From: Lama glama
Lineage: Eukaryota
DNA: 64,000 bases
Assembly (NCBI GenBank): GCA_028534125.1
Contig: CM052818.1
Span: 6,140,001 to 6,204,000, forward strand
Direction of reading: 5' to 3'
In this document: positions 1 to 12,600 of the stretch, in pieces
How positions within the stretch are numbered: the stretch's first letter is position 1
Layout of the letters: each line of letters opens with the position of its first letter
Translations under genes and position numbers: made by a program
The notes under the pieces: model-generated
Seen by the model: only the letters and a program-made list of their open reading frames with translations
What the model was told of the DNA's origin: nothing
Databases searched by the model: none

Positions 1-530
1 GAGCTACTTACCGTCACTCACAATGATCCACTTGTGGGAATTTGTGATTCTGGGTCCTGAACTCTGTAAATTTAGAGATCCTGGGTCCCAAAGGAGGAAA
101 ATTTCCACCAGGTGACACAGCAAGAATCACATTAAACTCTAAGCTATGACTTCCATCTGGTCACCTCAGGATCCTCGTGCCAAGAGACCAGCAGACAACA
201 AATCACTTGGGCAACTGACGTAACTGTCAGGAGGAAGTAGGGCTACTGATAGACACCAGGCCAGGGAAAGATGTTTTTGGAAAACAAGTGATCCAGTGAG
301 GCATCTCTTGGTACAACCTTGTCCAATTTTGACAGTAAATAAGGGCATGACAGACAACTGGGGACTCTGGTCACTCAAGCATGTGGGTCTCAGTTGTCCC
401 AGCAGGTAAACACCTAGACCAGCAGAGGTGCTAGACAATGGCGAGGTGAAACTGGGATGGATGGTAGAGGAGAAAGACAGTGAACGCCACTTTCAATCTT
501 GAGACCAGTCACAGAAGTAAGGGCAGTAAT
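1..530 (+). mobile_element. ERV-L (class III ERV, HERV16/ERVL-like) internal remnant: degenerate end of pol with dUTPase-like region
   Basis: From ~72 the sequence translates to LEILGPKGGKFPPGDTARITLNSKL*LPSGHLRILVPRDQQ. From ~413 it gives PRPAEVLDNGEVKLGWMVEEKDSERHFQS*DQSQK*GQ*. These match the recalled ERV-L motifs LEVLVPKGGMLPPGDT..PLNWKLRLPPGHFGLL and PRPAEVLAEGKGNTEWVVEEGS..YQLRPRDQLQKRGL*. In-frame stops and frameshifts are present. Confidence 0.8.
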
Positions 531-569
531 TCATCCCACTTACCTTCCTCTTCTAAGCTCTCTTCTCTT

Positions 570-890
570 TTTCATTAAAATCTTCTTTTCTATTTATTGA
601 TTTCTCTTTCATTGCTTTTCAAGGTTACACTTTATTTTAATTTCTCGAACTGAATACTTAGCTTATTTACTGTAGTCTCATATTTATTAATGAAAACATT
701 CAAAATTATACATTTTCTTTGCTTATAGCTTCAGCTACACTCCATCAGTTTTTGTAGGTGGTGTTCTCATTTCACATCTAAGTAGTCTAGAATTATATTT
801 TTATTTGTCTTTGGACTAAGAGTTAAAAGTGCTTAATTTCATTTTTAAATTTAACTAAAAATTTCTCCTTAATAGATTTTTACAGGATCT
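570..890 (-). mobile_element. Ancient L1 (L1M/L1ME-type) ORF2 fragment
   Basis: T-rich sequence containing atagcttcagctacactccatcagtttttgtaggtggtgttctcatt, which resembles antisense old L1 ORF2 (gctttagctgcatcccacaaattttgatatgttgtgttttcatt). Confidence 0.6.
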
Positions 891-1053
891 CTTTCCAATT
901 ATTTACATTAATTCAGTAATCTGGTATCCTTGATTTTCCACAACTTAAACATCTGACTTTATGACACATTGCTATGCAAAAATGATTTCTTAGGTCACAT
1001 TTTTACCTTTTGGATCACCCTTGTTCAAGTTCCATCCTTAAAAAAAAGCTTTC

Positions 1054-1500
1054 TGTTAGAAGGACCTATGGCATTGGAAACCATCTATGGTATTAGAAAC
1101 CATCCTCCTGCTTGCTACAGCCCAACTTCCCATTCATATTGCCAAGTTGAAACCTCAGACCAAGCTGCTTTACTGGAACTGTTACCACAAGCAAAATCCC
1201 TCCTAAACAAAGTCCCAGTGTTTCCTATACTTGCCCTTTCATTCATGAATGGAATGAATAGAGCCTCTGACCCCGACCTACTCGATTAAAGCCCACCACG
1301 TCTTCCCGTAGTCCTTTCCTCCCGGTAGAACCTCCACACCAGATTCAATCCCTGTGTGGCTCTGAACTTTACACTGAACTCCGTGCCTGCAGAAATATGC
1401 TATCCTATAAATAGCACCCTTCCAGTGAATTCATAATTGGGGTTCCCACACTACATTGTCTCTCTCTGAGGAGCTGCTTTTTGCCTCAAGAGGGAGACTC
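1054..1500 (+). mobile_element. Possible old LTR (family not determined)
   Basis: Starts TGTTAG, is C-rich like a U3 region, and has a TATA-like CCTATAAATAG at ~1404-1414. No clear AATAAA was seen. Confidence 0.3.
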
Positions 1501-1631
1501 AAGACTCCAGTCCAGTATGTGCCCCAAAGGTGCATTCTTGTCATTTTTCCCCTCCCAAGAGCTGCACAAGTTCTCTTTTCTTCTCCTGCAAACTCAGACA
1601 AATAAGCAATGCCTCCATATTTTGCTTTCTG

Positions 1632-1745
1632 CCCATCTTACAGACGAGGAAACAGATGCATTAAGAGATTAAGTGACCTGTCCTAAATAGATGAGTGGCA
1701 GGGTAGCAGCTGAGCTAGAATTTGTATCTCCTAACTTCTGTTCCA
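1632..1745 (-). mobile_element. MIR SINE fragment
   Basis: cccatcttacagacgaggaaacagatgcattaagagattaagtgacctgtcc matches the reverse complement of the MIR core. Confidence 0.75.
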
Positions 1746-3197
1746 ATTACAGTGACCCAAGAATTATGCTGAAGTATACAGAATTGTGCTCGTTCTCAAT
1801 GGGCAACTTCAAATGGAAAGCAGTCAATATCTAGCCTTCAGTGTCCACAAAGTAAAATGGCACAGGCATAAACTCACAACCGTCTCAAATTAGAGACGCA
1901 TATTCCGTAGTCCCATGTCTTCAGGCCACCAGCAGACTCCCTTGTCAATCTCAGATGACTGTTCTTAGTTTTACCCCATTTTACCTTTAACCAGCAATAT
2001 GCCCCAGTCCTGTAACCTGAAGCTTCTTTTGAGCCTCAGTAGTTTTTCCCACATAAATATGACATGCATTAAGTTCTATAAATCTTAAGAGATGAGAAAC
2101 AGCTACCATAGCTCCTTGCTCCATTCTCCATGTTCAACCACAAAGGCCCCTCATTCTTCCAACATTAACTTGGTAAGTCCCATGGTGCCGTGCCATTGGC
2201 AACAACTTCATGTAGAAAGCGGGAAATTTTTCTCAACTAAAGGTCATGTCGGGTGGCGGGAACAAGTTTTGGTGTTGATTTCTCTTGTGGTTCAGCAACA
2301 TGTTCTGACTGTGTCCATACTCAGCCCCAAGACTTTGGCAAGACTACCCTGCAGATAGATTGTGCCATATCTTCACAGTCAGAATGTGTGACAGTGCCCA
2401 CTGCTGTCATGTCAGACTGTTTGATCTCGTTCTGCCACAGCACAACTTCTGGACTCAAGCAAGCATGAGTAACATCTGATAACACATCCATGATTTCTGT
2501 TTCCACCTGCCAATAAACACCTACTTTCTACCAGTTCTTAGAAGGATACAAGCACCCAGCAAGGGGGTTCCCAGCTTAGGAAGCTTCTTGGGGAATCCCT
2601 TCCAGGGTAGGGTACCTGAGACACTGATTCTAAAGGCACCTACTGAGGTTCCATGAGGGGGAAACAACACAGAAAGCTTTCATTCAAGCATGTTCAGAAA
2701 CAAGATGCCAAACCTCCAGGAACTTATGAACAACAGAGCAAATCAAGACAGAGATGTGTAGAAAGTATGTGTCACGGGAATCAAGATGAAGACAGTCTTT
2801 CTGTTGGTACCCACAAACACATACACACCCATGTACACATTCCAACACGGGGCTCCAGTCTTTCTCCAGCACAACCCATCCTGTACACCACTGTTTATCC
2901 ATGATACGTCTCAATGTCATGTTCATCATATTGCCCTATAAATTAGAGGAAATCCTATCGCCTAGAGAGCAGAAGTGCGAATTCCTGGCAAGAAGGCTGC
3001 AATGTTCTCCTCCTATGCTCTCCTATATGGCCATGGGACTCCTACCCTGGTCTGACATTTCTAAAACACAGTGTTCCAGACAACCACTACCATTAGGTCA
3101 TCATTGGTTGCCTGCCATACCTGGTTTAAATTTAACTACTCACATTTTGCTTGTATTCACCCCTCAGGCTTTGTTCTCTACTTACCGCTAATACATC

Positions 3198-3680
3198 GTT
3201 TATTTATTCATTGATTCAGCATATGTTTAACTCCTATTATTTACTGCACACAGTGGAGATAAGGGGAACAAAACTAAAGCCAAGGAGCCTGGGTAGGAGG
3301 CCATCTCAGGCGAAGGTGGGAAGGGAGAGATGGGTACAGTTTGAAAGGGAGGATACAGGTAGATGAGCAGGTTTGGAAAGGAGAAGTGGAAGAGTATGCA
3401 TCTGGGCAATTTTTGTTGGGAATTTCTTTATGATAATCAAATACAGATATCAATTAGGCATTTGGATAGACAAGAAGGTACGGGCTCAAGCTATGGATCA
3501 GGGAGTCATAAGAGAAATTGTGTGGGCTGAGAAAGCTGCCAAGTCTCAACTTGGAAGCACACCAGACTACCAGGGCTGGGGACAAGGTGAGGAGGACACC
3601 GAGAAAGGTCAGGGAAGTAGTTGAGGACCAGAAAGAGCACAGAACCAAGGCACCTAAAGAAGCAGGGATTTTCTTTTTTA
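3198..3680 (-). mobile_element. L2 LINE 3' fragment
   Basis: tttatttattcattgattcagcatatgtttaactcctattat resembles the antisense L2 3' end and is followed by the purine-rich antisense L2 body. Confidence 0.6.
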
Positions 3681-5339
3681 GGAGATGCAAGACAGAAAAC
3701 ATGTTTCCTTCAATTCACAAATTATCTCAATGAAACAATCCAAAACATTTATTGAGGGTGCACCATGAAGAAATAACAAATTTTACAAGAGACTGTCCCC
3801 ACCTTCAAGGACCTTGAATCTGGGGGAGGTGTGCACATTAACAGATATGACGTGCAAATCTCTTTATTTCTCACCAGCAGTGAGTAACATCTGTGGGTTG
3901 ATTACAAACAAACTATTCAGTTAATGGTAGAAATGAACAAAACACTAACAATAAATCTGCATTAGGACTTTGATCTTTTAGCCTTTAAATATGTGTGGGT
4001 CTTCCGTTAGCACGAAGTGAAGTCAGAGGGAACATTACCTCCATGACAGCATACCCTGAAGTTTAAATTTCCAGAACATGGCCAGGACCAGGCGGAGTGT
4101 TTACTAAAGGCAGCTGAAAGCCATGTAACTGGAAGGGCAGTCGTCTGAAATGCGGTCAAAGAGACGGGGAAAGGGTCAAAGCTAGAGCAGCGATGTCAGA
4201 CAATCAGGTCAACAGGATGCAGCCAGGCCACCAACAGATAAGCCAAGGATCAGAAATCAGGAAACGGGCAAACAGGTTGGGACACAGAATGAGGACAGAA
4301 GGCAAAGAGGGAGCCGAGCAAGGGGACAGGAAAAAGGGCAAAAGTGCCAGAGGTGGGCTACATGGAGGCAGATTCGCAGCTCAGGAGTATGCCTGATGCC
4401 TCAGAATGCAGGACTGGATCAAGGGGCTAACACACACCAGCTTCTGCAGCTCCAGGGACAGCAAGGTCTCAGTGACGCTGCGGCTGGCACCCAACTCCAC
4501 CCGCCGGCGGCAGCCTCCCATTTTCCTGCCAGCCTGTGGTTGTGTCTGACTACGGCCAGGGGCAGCCTCCTTCCCTTTGTCTCTTCGGCTGTAATCACTG
4601 CTGAGGACGAGGGGTGGATGATATACGTGTAAACGTGTAATAGAATGTTAAGAGAGAGGCATTTCTCCACACAATTAGATAAGTAAATGAGTGAAATAAA
4701 CCCACAATCACTGGGACAGCTGAAAACTGGGGTCATTTGGAAGTGGTTCTTATTAAAAGGGAGGGTATGAGAGACTCTCCATGGCTTTTCCCTTCTACTC
4801 CTTTCATTTACCTTTAATTTTTTTTCCTTGCAGGTTAAAGCTGACTCCACATCCTCAGGGACCAACACAAGCCATCAAGTTAAATGATGTCCCTGATAGC
4901 TCTGTGGATCAATAGTTATATAGGCCTATTCCTCATCTGAGCTCTGTCAGGGCCCAAATTATACACTGTACATGAAAACCACCTCCTGGATTTACTGCCT
5001 GTACCCCCTGCACCCCCAGCCATGGCAGGTGGCTCACTGCCCTGCATTTATTTCTTTAAAGCTTTAACTAAGGCTTTGCTACTGATTTTTCAACACTTCC
5101 GAAGTGCCAGGACAGCGATGAGCCAAGTTCTCCTCCCTTCCACAAAACAGCAATGATTTCCTTGACTTCCAAAGAAACTGTGATGTCCTATTTCTCTCAC
5201 AGAAGCATGAAAAATCTTTAAGTCAAAGGGCATGCAATTGGCAAAGAGATTACAGTAGCATGAGGAAGCAGATGAGAACTCGGACTACAGCATTTTTGAT
5301 GCCCCTAGGACAATCCTAGAATGTGGAGAGCATCTGTGA

Positions 5340-5560
5340 GAGAGCTGCTGAGGAGGTGAAATCTCCAGTCCCAGGTGCCAGGTAAATCGCCTCACCTCTC
5401 TGTGCCTTGGCTCGCCTCTCTTAAAGGGGAACAAGTTTAATTCCCTGCATTACCTGCATGACATGGAGAGGATATTAGCCTAAATCAAATAGAGTACATG
5501 TGAAAACATTTCATACTTTTGGGAGGGAAGGTGTCCTGTAAATTCTAGGTTCTACTATTA
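5340..5560 (+). mobile_element. Degenerate MIR (MIRc/MIR3-like)
   Basis: Contains ggtaaatcgcctcacctctctgtgccttgg and aaatcaaatagagtacatgtgaaaacattt, resembling the MIR core and tail. Confidence 0.5.
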
Positions 5561-8321
5561 CTTAATATTTCTATATCTCAGGTTGATCTAGTCTCATGAA
5601 TCACTTTAAAACAAAGTGGACTTGAACTGTATTGAACTGTTTCTGAGCTTCCTAATCTCCCAGTTGTGTCAGATGTCTAGAATTATCGCTCTCTGAAACA
5701 GTGTGTGCGGTGTGCTTGACGGCATCAAGACCGGCTCGTGCCTTGTTAAAAGACAACATCGCACAGCTTTCTAATCAGTGTCCAGGACAAAGAGGTTCAC
5801 CAGAGGTCAGCCTGGGAGCCAGATTAATGAGTTGTCTTACTTGAATGAACTAAAATCTTCAAATGTGTCTCAGTTTGACCCATCTTTCTTATCTTTTTGT
5901 GTATGTTCTTGGGACATTTCTGTTTAGTGAGCAATAATAATATCCACCACTCTAATTATTTTTTTAAAATAAATAAGCAAGACACCCTGTGTTCTGTTGG
6001 TTCAAATAGATGAATATGGTACAGTTTCCCCATGCCTTGTGTGGTTGTAAATATTGTTTTTATACTCTAGTGCTCCGTTACCCATTTGCTGATCCAGTTA
6101 TAGTCTATCTTGCATAGTTTTAGCTATTTATTTTAACAAGAAGAAAAAATGCACTCCTCTAATTTCAAGCATAATTCTCATTAGCTCCTGTACTCCTGCA
6201 TCCAATTATATCAACCCAATGTTTTCCACACCATCCTATTCTGAATTCCTATAACTAACTCTTCATCGTGACCTGTCATTTTAGCTCATCTTAACCAACG
6301 GTCAGCTAATCAAAAACATTTGAGAAACTTCTATTTCTAAATCCGACTCAGCTATAAAATTGTGGGGAAGTGGTCAGTGCTGCTTTTGTATTTCCAGGCC
6401 GAAAACACAATTTTGTGGTCATGTGTACAGGTCAGTTTCTAAATGTTTGAGTGTAATCAGCATTCAGTTTTGCAGTCTGTACAGAAAACGAATTACAGAC
6501 TCTCATGGACTCTCCTGCCTGTAGGACCAAAGGACCTTTCCCATTGCTACTCACAGAGTCAGTCAGATCATTTTCCCAGGACCCTGGCATTGCCAGGGAC
6601 CTTGAGGTCTGGATTGGGTCATCTGGTCTCTGCTGTACTCCCTGGGGACTATCAGCATACAGCAGTGGCCCACATCTCGTTCCTTGTATATGTTGAATAC
6701 AGTCCCCTTTTTTTCTACCTCCCTGGATTGTTGTAAAAGAAGTAATAGAAGAATAACTAATATATAGAGCTTTATAGAATTGAAGGTGTCTTCTCATAAA
6801 AATGGGGGAAAATCTTGAAAATTTAAGTCCACTAATCATAAATTAATGTGTTATTCAGTTTTTCTCCTATTTATGAGAGCTCAGCTGTTCTGAAATACTG
6901 GCACATCCCAGATGTTGATGAGGTCCCCATCAGTCCTCTAAGCTCAAAAGATTTCAACTTCTGACCATGACCCAGCCAGCAGAATAGACTCGTTTTCCAT
7001 CATGTGGATTGAGTTGCATTCATTGATACCCTGTTGCAACTGCAGACAGTCTCTAAGTTTCTTATTCTGCTTAATAGTGACATCACTGTGCTTTTGGGTT
7101 GGCAGAAAGCTCAAAGTTATCCGTGCACAGCAAATGGCTTATGAAGTGATACTGGTCCTGATATGTGATCTTAAACCCCAAAGTCAGGGCTATTTAGTTT
7201 TATCCTTTATGGATTCAGTCCACGAGCATTATTACAGTAGACCAAGCAAGTCTCCCTGAAACAGTCACTGCTTTAGGAGTTAGCCTTTAATTTGAAGGTA
7301 CTTTCCCCAGCTGAAAGCTATAATAATGCTTCATTCTATTTGGCAACAAAACAAAGAACTATAGGATTTATAAACTGACAGATCCTCTAATAAGTGTGAG
7401 TGAGAGATCAAATTTGCATTCTTTTATGTGAATGGATAAATCATCTCATCATCTATTCTGACTTTGGGACCTTATTAACAGCCATTTTGCACACAAGCAT
7501 CAGCATGATGACCTAAATCAATCATAACCATGATGGAAAATGCTCCACGGGACAATGACAAAATCCATCAGCACCCAGGATGGACAGATACAGCAAGCTG
7601 TGAAGCCAACCCACCTGAACACACCACCTCCTAGTTTCTGAAGACTGACTTGTCTGATAAACTAGAAGTTTGTGCCCTTCCTCACTAGTCTACAAACATC
7701 CCTCACACAGCAGCCTGGTCCATACAGGGACTGACTTTCCCAAATAGACATCGACAGGAGACAAAAGCCAGCAGCATTTTTGGTTGGTTTAAGAGTACTC
7801 ATGGAAAGACCGCGGTGGTAAATGCATTTGGTGCCCATTAGATCATACATGTTGTGTAGACATGGACTGCAATCCTTGTGCTGACATGTAAAGAGACGTC
7901 CAATAATCCTCCTGGTCTCCTGGTCACAGGCCATCCCTTACTCACTGTTTGTGAGTCCACAGACGGAGGGTGAAAACTAACAGTTCATACCGCTAAGTCA
8001 CAAGAGAACTATGAACCCTAAAAATTTGGTCTCTTTTCCTCTCCTGTTCCTTGGACCAGAGTAATGCTGCAATCTCAGATGAGTACCTCTGCTTTAAAAA
8101 TGTTAATTTTCCTTTAAGTGGGCAATCTGAGGGTCTAGACTGGAGGTGGGGGCAGCAGAGTACACTAGCAAGCCCATTAGGTTGCAAATTTACATAATGG
8201 TTAAAGTTAACCATTTGGTTTCCACCTGATGGGCTCCTGTGTTGGTCTGCATTTCACTCTGATTTCAGGCAAGGAAGAGAGGGGTGTTATTTATGGGCTC
8301 CATCAACTTCCAACTGCTTCA

Positions 8322-8745
8322 TTAGGTAGCCATAGGACTTAAGGTAACATAAGCTGATAAAACAAACTAACCCCATCATTTCACTGCCTTGGAACAATAA
8401 ACTCATGTAACAGTTCAATTTAGCAGTTGAGCAGCTATTCTCCAAGAAGTGAATCAAAGCCTGGCTTCTTTCATGCTCAGGTTCTGTTATCTTCAACATG
8501 TGGTTTCCAAAACCACCAAAGAAAGTCAATGTCATTCCAAAGAGCCACAGAAGAAGGGTGCTTAGTAGATACACATGCAAGGATTTTATGGGCCAGGTCT
8601 GGAATTGGTACATATCACTTTTCACATTCCTATGGCTAAAACACAGTTCTATGAGCACAATAGGAAGGCTGGGAGATGTATTTGATCCATAAGCTCAGGA
8701 AGAAGAGGAAATGGGTTTGGTGAGCCTCTAATAGGCTCTGCTACA
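8322..8745 (-). mobile_element. MaLR LTR (MLT1J/K-like)
   Basis: Contains ggccaggtctggaattggtacatatcacttttcacattcctatggctaaaacacagt and ends ggaagaagaggaaatgggtttggtgagc...ctctgctaca, typical of antisense old MLT1. Confidence 0.7.
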
Positions 8746-8843
8746 GTGGCAGTCTAGGGAAAACAAAAGGCCAATCGATTAGGTTTCAGAGCATTATCGG
8801 CGGTTACATTTGGATGGAGATGCCTCAAGAATAAAGAGTGTGA

Positions 8844-9629
8844 CAGTCAGAATGGCCATCATTCAAAAGTCCACAAACGACAAATGCTAGAGAGGCTGTG
8901 CAGAAAAAAGAACCCTCCTGCACTGCTGGTGGGAATGCAGTTTGGTGCAGCCACTGTGGACAACAGTATGGAGATCCCTCAAAAGACTAGGAATAGACTT
9001 ACCATATGATCCAGTCATCCCGCTCCTGGGCATATATCCTACTTCAAAATGACACCTGCATCCCAGTGTTCATAGCAGCACTATTTACAATAGCCAAGAC
9101 ATGGAAACAGCCTAAATGTCCATCAACAGATGACTGGATAAAGAAGATGTGGTATATTTATACAACGGAATACTATTCAGCCATAAAATGACAACATAAC
9201 ACCATTTGCAGCAACATGGATGTTCCTGGAGAATGTCATTCTAAGTGAAGTAAGCCAGAAAGAAAAAGAAAAATACTATACGAGATCGCTCATATGTGGA
9301 ATCTAAAAAAAAAAAAAGAACATAAATACAAAACAGAAATAGACTCATAAACATAGAACACAAACTTGTGGTTGCCAAGGGGGCAGGGGGTGGGAAGGGA
9401 CAGACTGGGATTTCAAAATTTGTAGATACTGATAGGCATATGGAGAATAGATAAACAAGATTATATTGTATAACACAGGAAAATACATAGAAGATCTTGT
9501 GGTAGCTCACAGTGAAAAAAAAGTGACAATGAATATATGTATGTTCATATAACTGAAAAATTGTGCTCTACACTGGAATTTGACACAACATTGTAAAATG
9601 ACTATAACTCAATAAAAAATGTTAAAAAA
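8844..9629 (+). mobile_element. 5'-truncated young L1 (camelid-type): ORF2 C-terminus, 3' UTR and A tail
   Basis: ORF 9006-9191 contains [45 protein letters not shown] (L1 ORF2 C-terminus). AATAAA at 9611. A 17-bp TSD flanks it: aagaataaagagtgtga (8827-8843) and aagaataaagggtgtga (9630-9646). Confidence 0.95.
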
Positions 9630-12600
9630 AAGAATAAAGGGTGTGAGAATTTTCCATATAATCTCCTCTATATAGCAAACACTGTTATTAGACAACCCAT
9701 CAAATGGTATAAAGACTTTTAAAGCCAAACCTTGGGACTTACATGGTCGACCAGAATCACACACTTGAGCAAGAATCCCTCTGCACAACACTCCCAGCAA
9801 TGAGCAGACACAAGACCCTGGCATCCCTGCCTTCTCCCTAGATTCTTGAGCTTTATTTGCACTTTGCCCTCCACTTTCCACCTAAGCCTTGGCTTCCCAC
9901 CTCTCTATTGCTTCATCCCTGGCCATGGTGTTGCCCTAGGTCTCCCCTTGGCTCTGACCCTGATCCTGTCCTTTCTGTCCATTACCTCACCTTAATGATT
10001 GGTACTCGCTGCTCAGACTGAACCTTCTGGCCACCGAAGCTGACAACATAGCCAATTTCTGGTCTGTATTACTGGATCCTGCCTCAGCACCAGCCCACAG
10101 ACCTTTTTCTACAGAAAGAATAAGACATGCATGCTTCAGGAGACTACGTTGTTCATAGCTTACAAAATTCCCCACCAGCCAGATTTTGCATTTTAGCTGC
10201 TAAAAAGCATTCTGTATGTAATCGGATCCAAACTTTATTGTAATCCAAAGATGATAGTACCAATGTCATCCCCATGCTAATGATAAGGGAAAAAAGTAAG
10301 ACTTAGTGCAGTGTGTTAGGAATATCACACTGAAAGACTTCTATTTGAACCCAGTTATTCCTATGTAGTTATTCCCAACTAGATTCAGATTTACCTCCCA
10401 AGTTGAAGCTCTAGAAAAAAAAACAGTGTATAACTCGCGGTGATCAAGGTTTGGATGAGACAGGAATACAATAGGTTAATACTAGATTTCTGGGTGGTAT
10501 CTACAGATGTCGATCTGGTCCCAAGCTTCACAGGTCTCTCCCCAAGGAGACAACTATCAAACAACAGTATTACAGGCTAGTCCATTCATGTGGAATCCCA
10601 GACCCCAACACTTTTGAGTAACCACAATCACAGTTCCAGACGGTTCTGACTGGCCTCGCCGTCCTTGACCCTTCTGAGGAAATGGTTGTTACCTCCTTGT
10701 CCAAATTATAACATACTTTCTGTTTATTAGTCATGACCTGATTTTTCTGACAATATGAGGAAATCTTCTCAGCCCCAAATGTCTGCCAATGATTTGTGGA
10801 TGGCAGGTAAGCATGTTAGCAGGCTATATTTAATGCAATTTGAAATTTCATTGTCTTTCAGCAAAAGGCAGCTGTTTCCAGATGTCATGAATCAGCCTTT
10901 ATGTCTGACTGACGTGGTGTTTGCAGGAAACATCTTGCAATATTGTCATGTGTTACCGAGAGCTTCTTGGACTAGATTCTTTGCAAGTCAGAGCCTGCTG
11001 CTCCCTAGTGAGACATTATTTGGATTGCTTCAGTAACCGCCTGTTCAGATACGACAATAGGTTGACAATTCCATGGTTCATCTGCCCCACTGGGTTCTCT
11101 CACAACCACAAAGCTGCAGCCCATTCAGTATTAGGAACTTTGAAAACATTTGCCAATAATTCAATCATGCATCAGATTTGAGGAACATACTCAGTGAGAG
11201 CTGATTGGTGCTACTGTCAAGCCCAAGAACATTTTATTTGGTTTTCCTGGAATTACTTATCTATTTTTCAAATCCCCAATTTCCTTCTATTTATGTAATG
11301 TTTTGAGTACTGACTCAATTTTTGTGTGCATTTGTCAATTATTCCCATCAACTTATCTTCACTTAAGTCACTCAATGTAAGATACTAATTAGCTGAGCAA
11401 TTTTATTGTTTAGTCTGTCATATCCATGGTTATTTTTATACCGCATGAGTCTTCCCAGGGTTTTGGTGGCGTTGCCAAATTTCTGTCCCTTTGTTTTACT
11501 ACATTTCACCCTATTCACCCCTTTACTGCTATGATGTGGATTAATTTAAATCATTTTTCCTATTGCTGTAACAATCTTATAGTAAATGCTTTATGCATAT
11601 TATTTCAGGCCTGATATGTCATTTGGCTATTAAGGTAACGCATAAAAGCCTAATTATTATAGAGCAGGAGATTTGGGAAGTGTGGTGTCTTTCATTAGGT
11701 AAGAGTATAAAAGAAATTCAAAGCCACATGAATATAATTCTTGCAAACAATCTTTGAGAACCATGGTTTTTAAAAACTATTAGAATTCAGTTCAATATTT
11801 ATACCTTTCCTTCCCTTTTTTCAAGCTACAATACTCTCTTACCCTTAGCCAAACTTCCACTCTTTGCTCCCAGATCTGAGCACTCATATTTGATGGTATA
11901 TCCATTTCTGATTCAATAACTAGGCTTCTCGTTACCATGACTAGTTTCAGATTTACCACATTTTACTCACTTAGGCTGGCTGTCAGTTCGAGATGTTTGG
12001 TAATAAAATGTGGCTACCTTGCAGGCCTGCACATTGTCACCTCAATTCCCAACAGAGAGGTCTCTAATAGCAGTGCATTTGCTGGCTCTTCCTTTAATGC
12101 CCTCTCAGCAGTCTGGCTCTTGAGTGGATGACTGACTCTGTCGGCCGGAACGCATCGGACAGTCACAGCTCGCCGGGCTTGGGTGTGCCTTAAATCTCTG
12201 GTTCCAGACCATCAGGCCCAGCTGGCTCCTTGCAACTATTTCCAGTGTGTAAGGCCATTCCTGAGTGAAAAGACCATCCGTCTCCCTGCGGACTCACCTC
12301 TAATTCTCCTTTCCCTGACAGAGTGACTGCTCTGGCCCCACGATGAGCTTCTAAAACCTTTGTGGGGTATCAGAACTGCAGGAAGGGACTGTGGCATAGT
12401 TTGCCTCTCACGCACAAGGACACTGAGCTGGGTTTTGAGAGGTTCGTAATTAGTATAATTACTTTATTTTGATTGCTGAGGTTAACAACATGGGCAATGC
12501 CCAAGCATATTATCATCATCAATTGATGAGCTGGAGTTTTAAAAATCTGATTATATGACAAGTGTTCAGCCATATCACCCTCTGCGTTGCTACCAGGGAA

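Noticed and set aside
2321..2506. Minus-strand ORF VETEIMDVLSDVTHACLSPEVV... after an AG as a terminal coding exon
   Set aside because: The acceptor pyrimidine tract is weak, the peptide is not recognised and no upstream coding partner was found.
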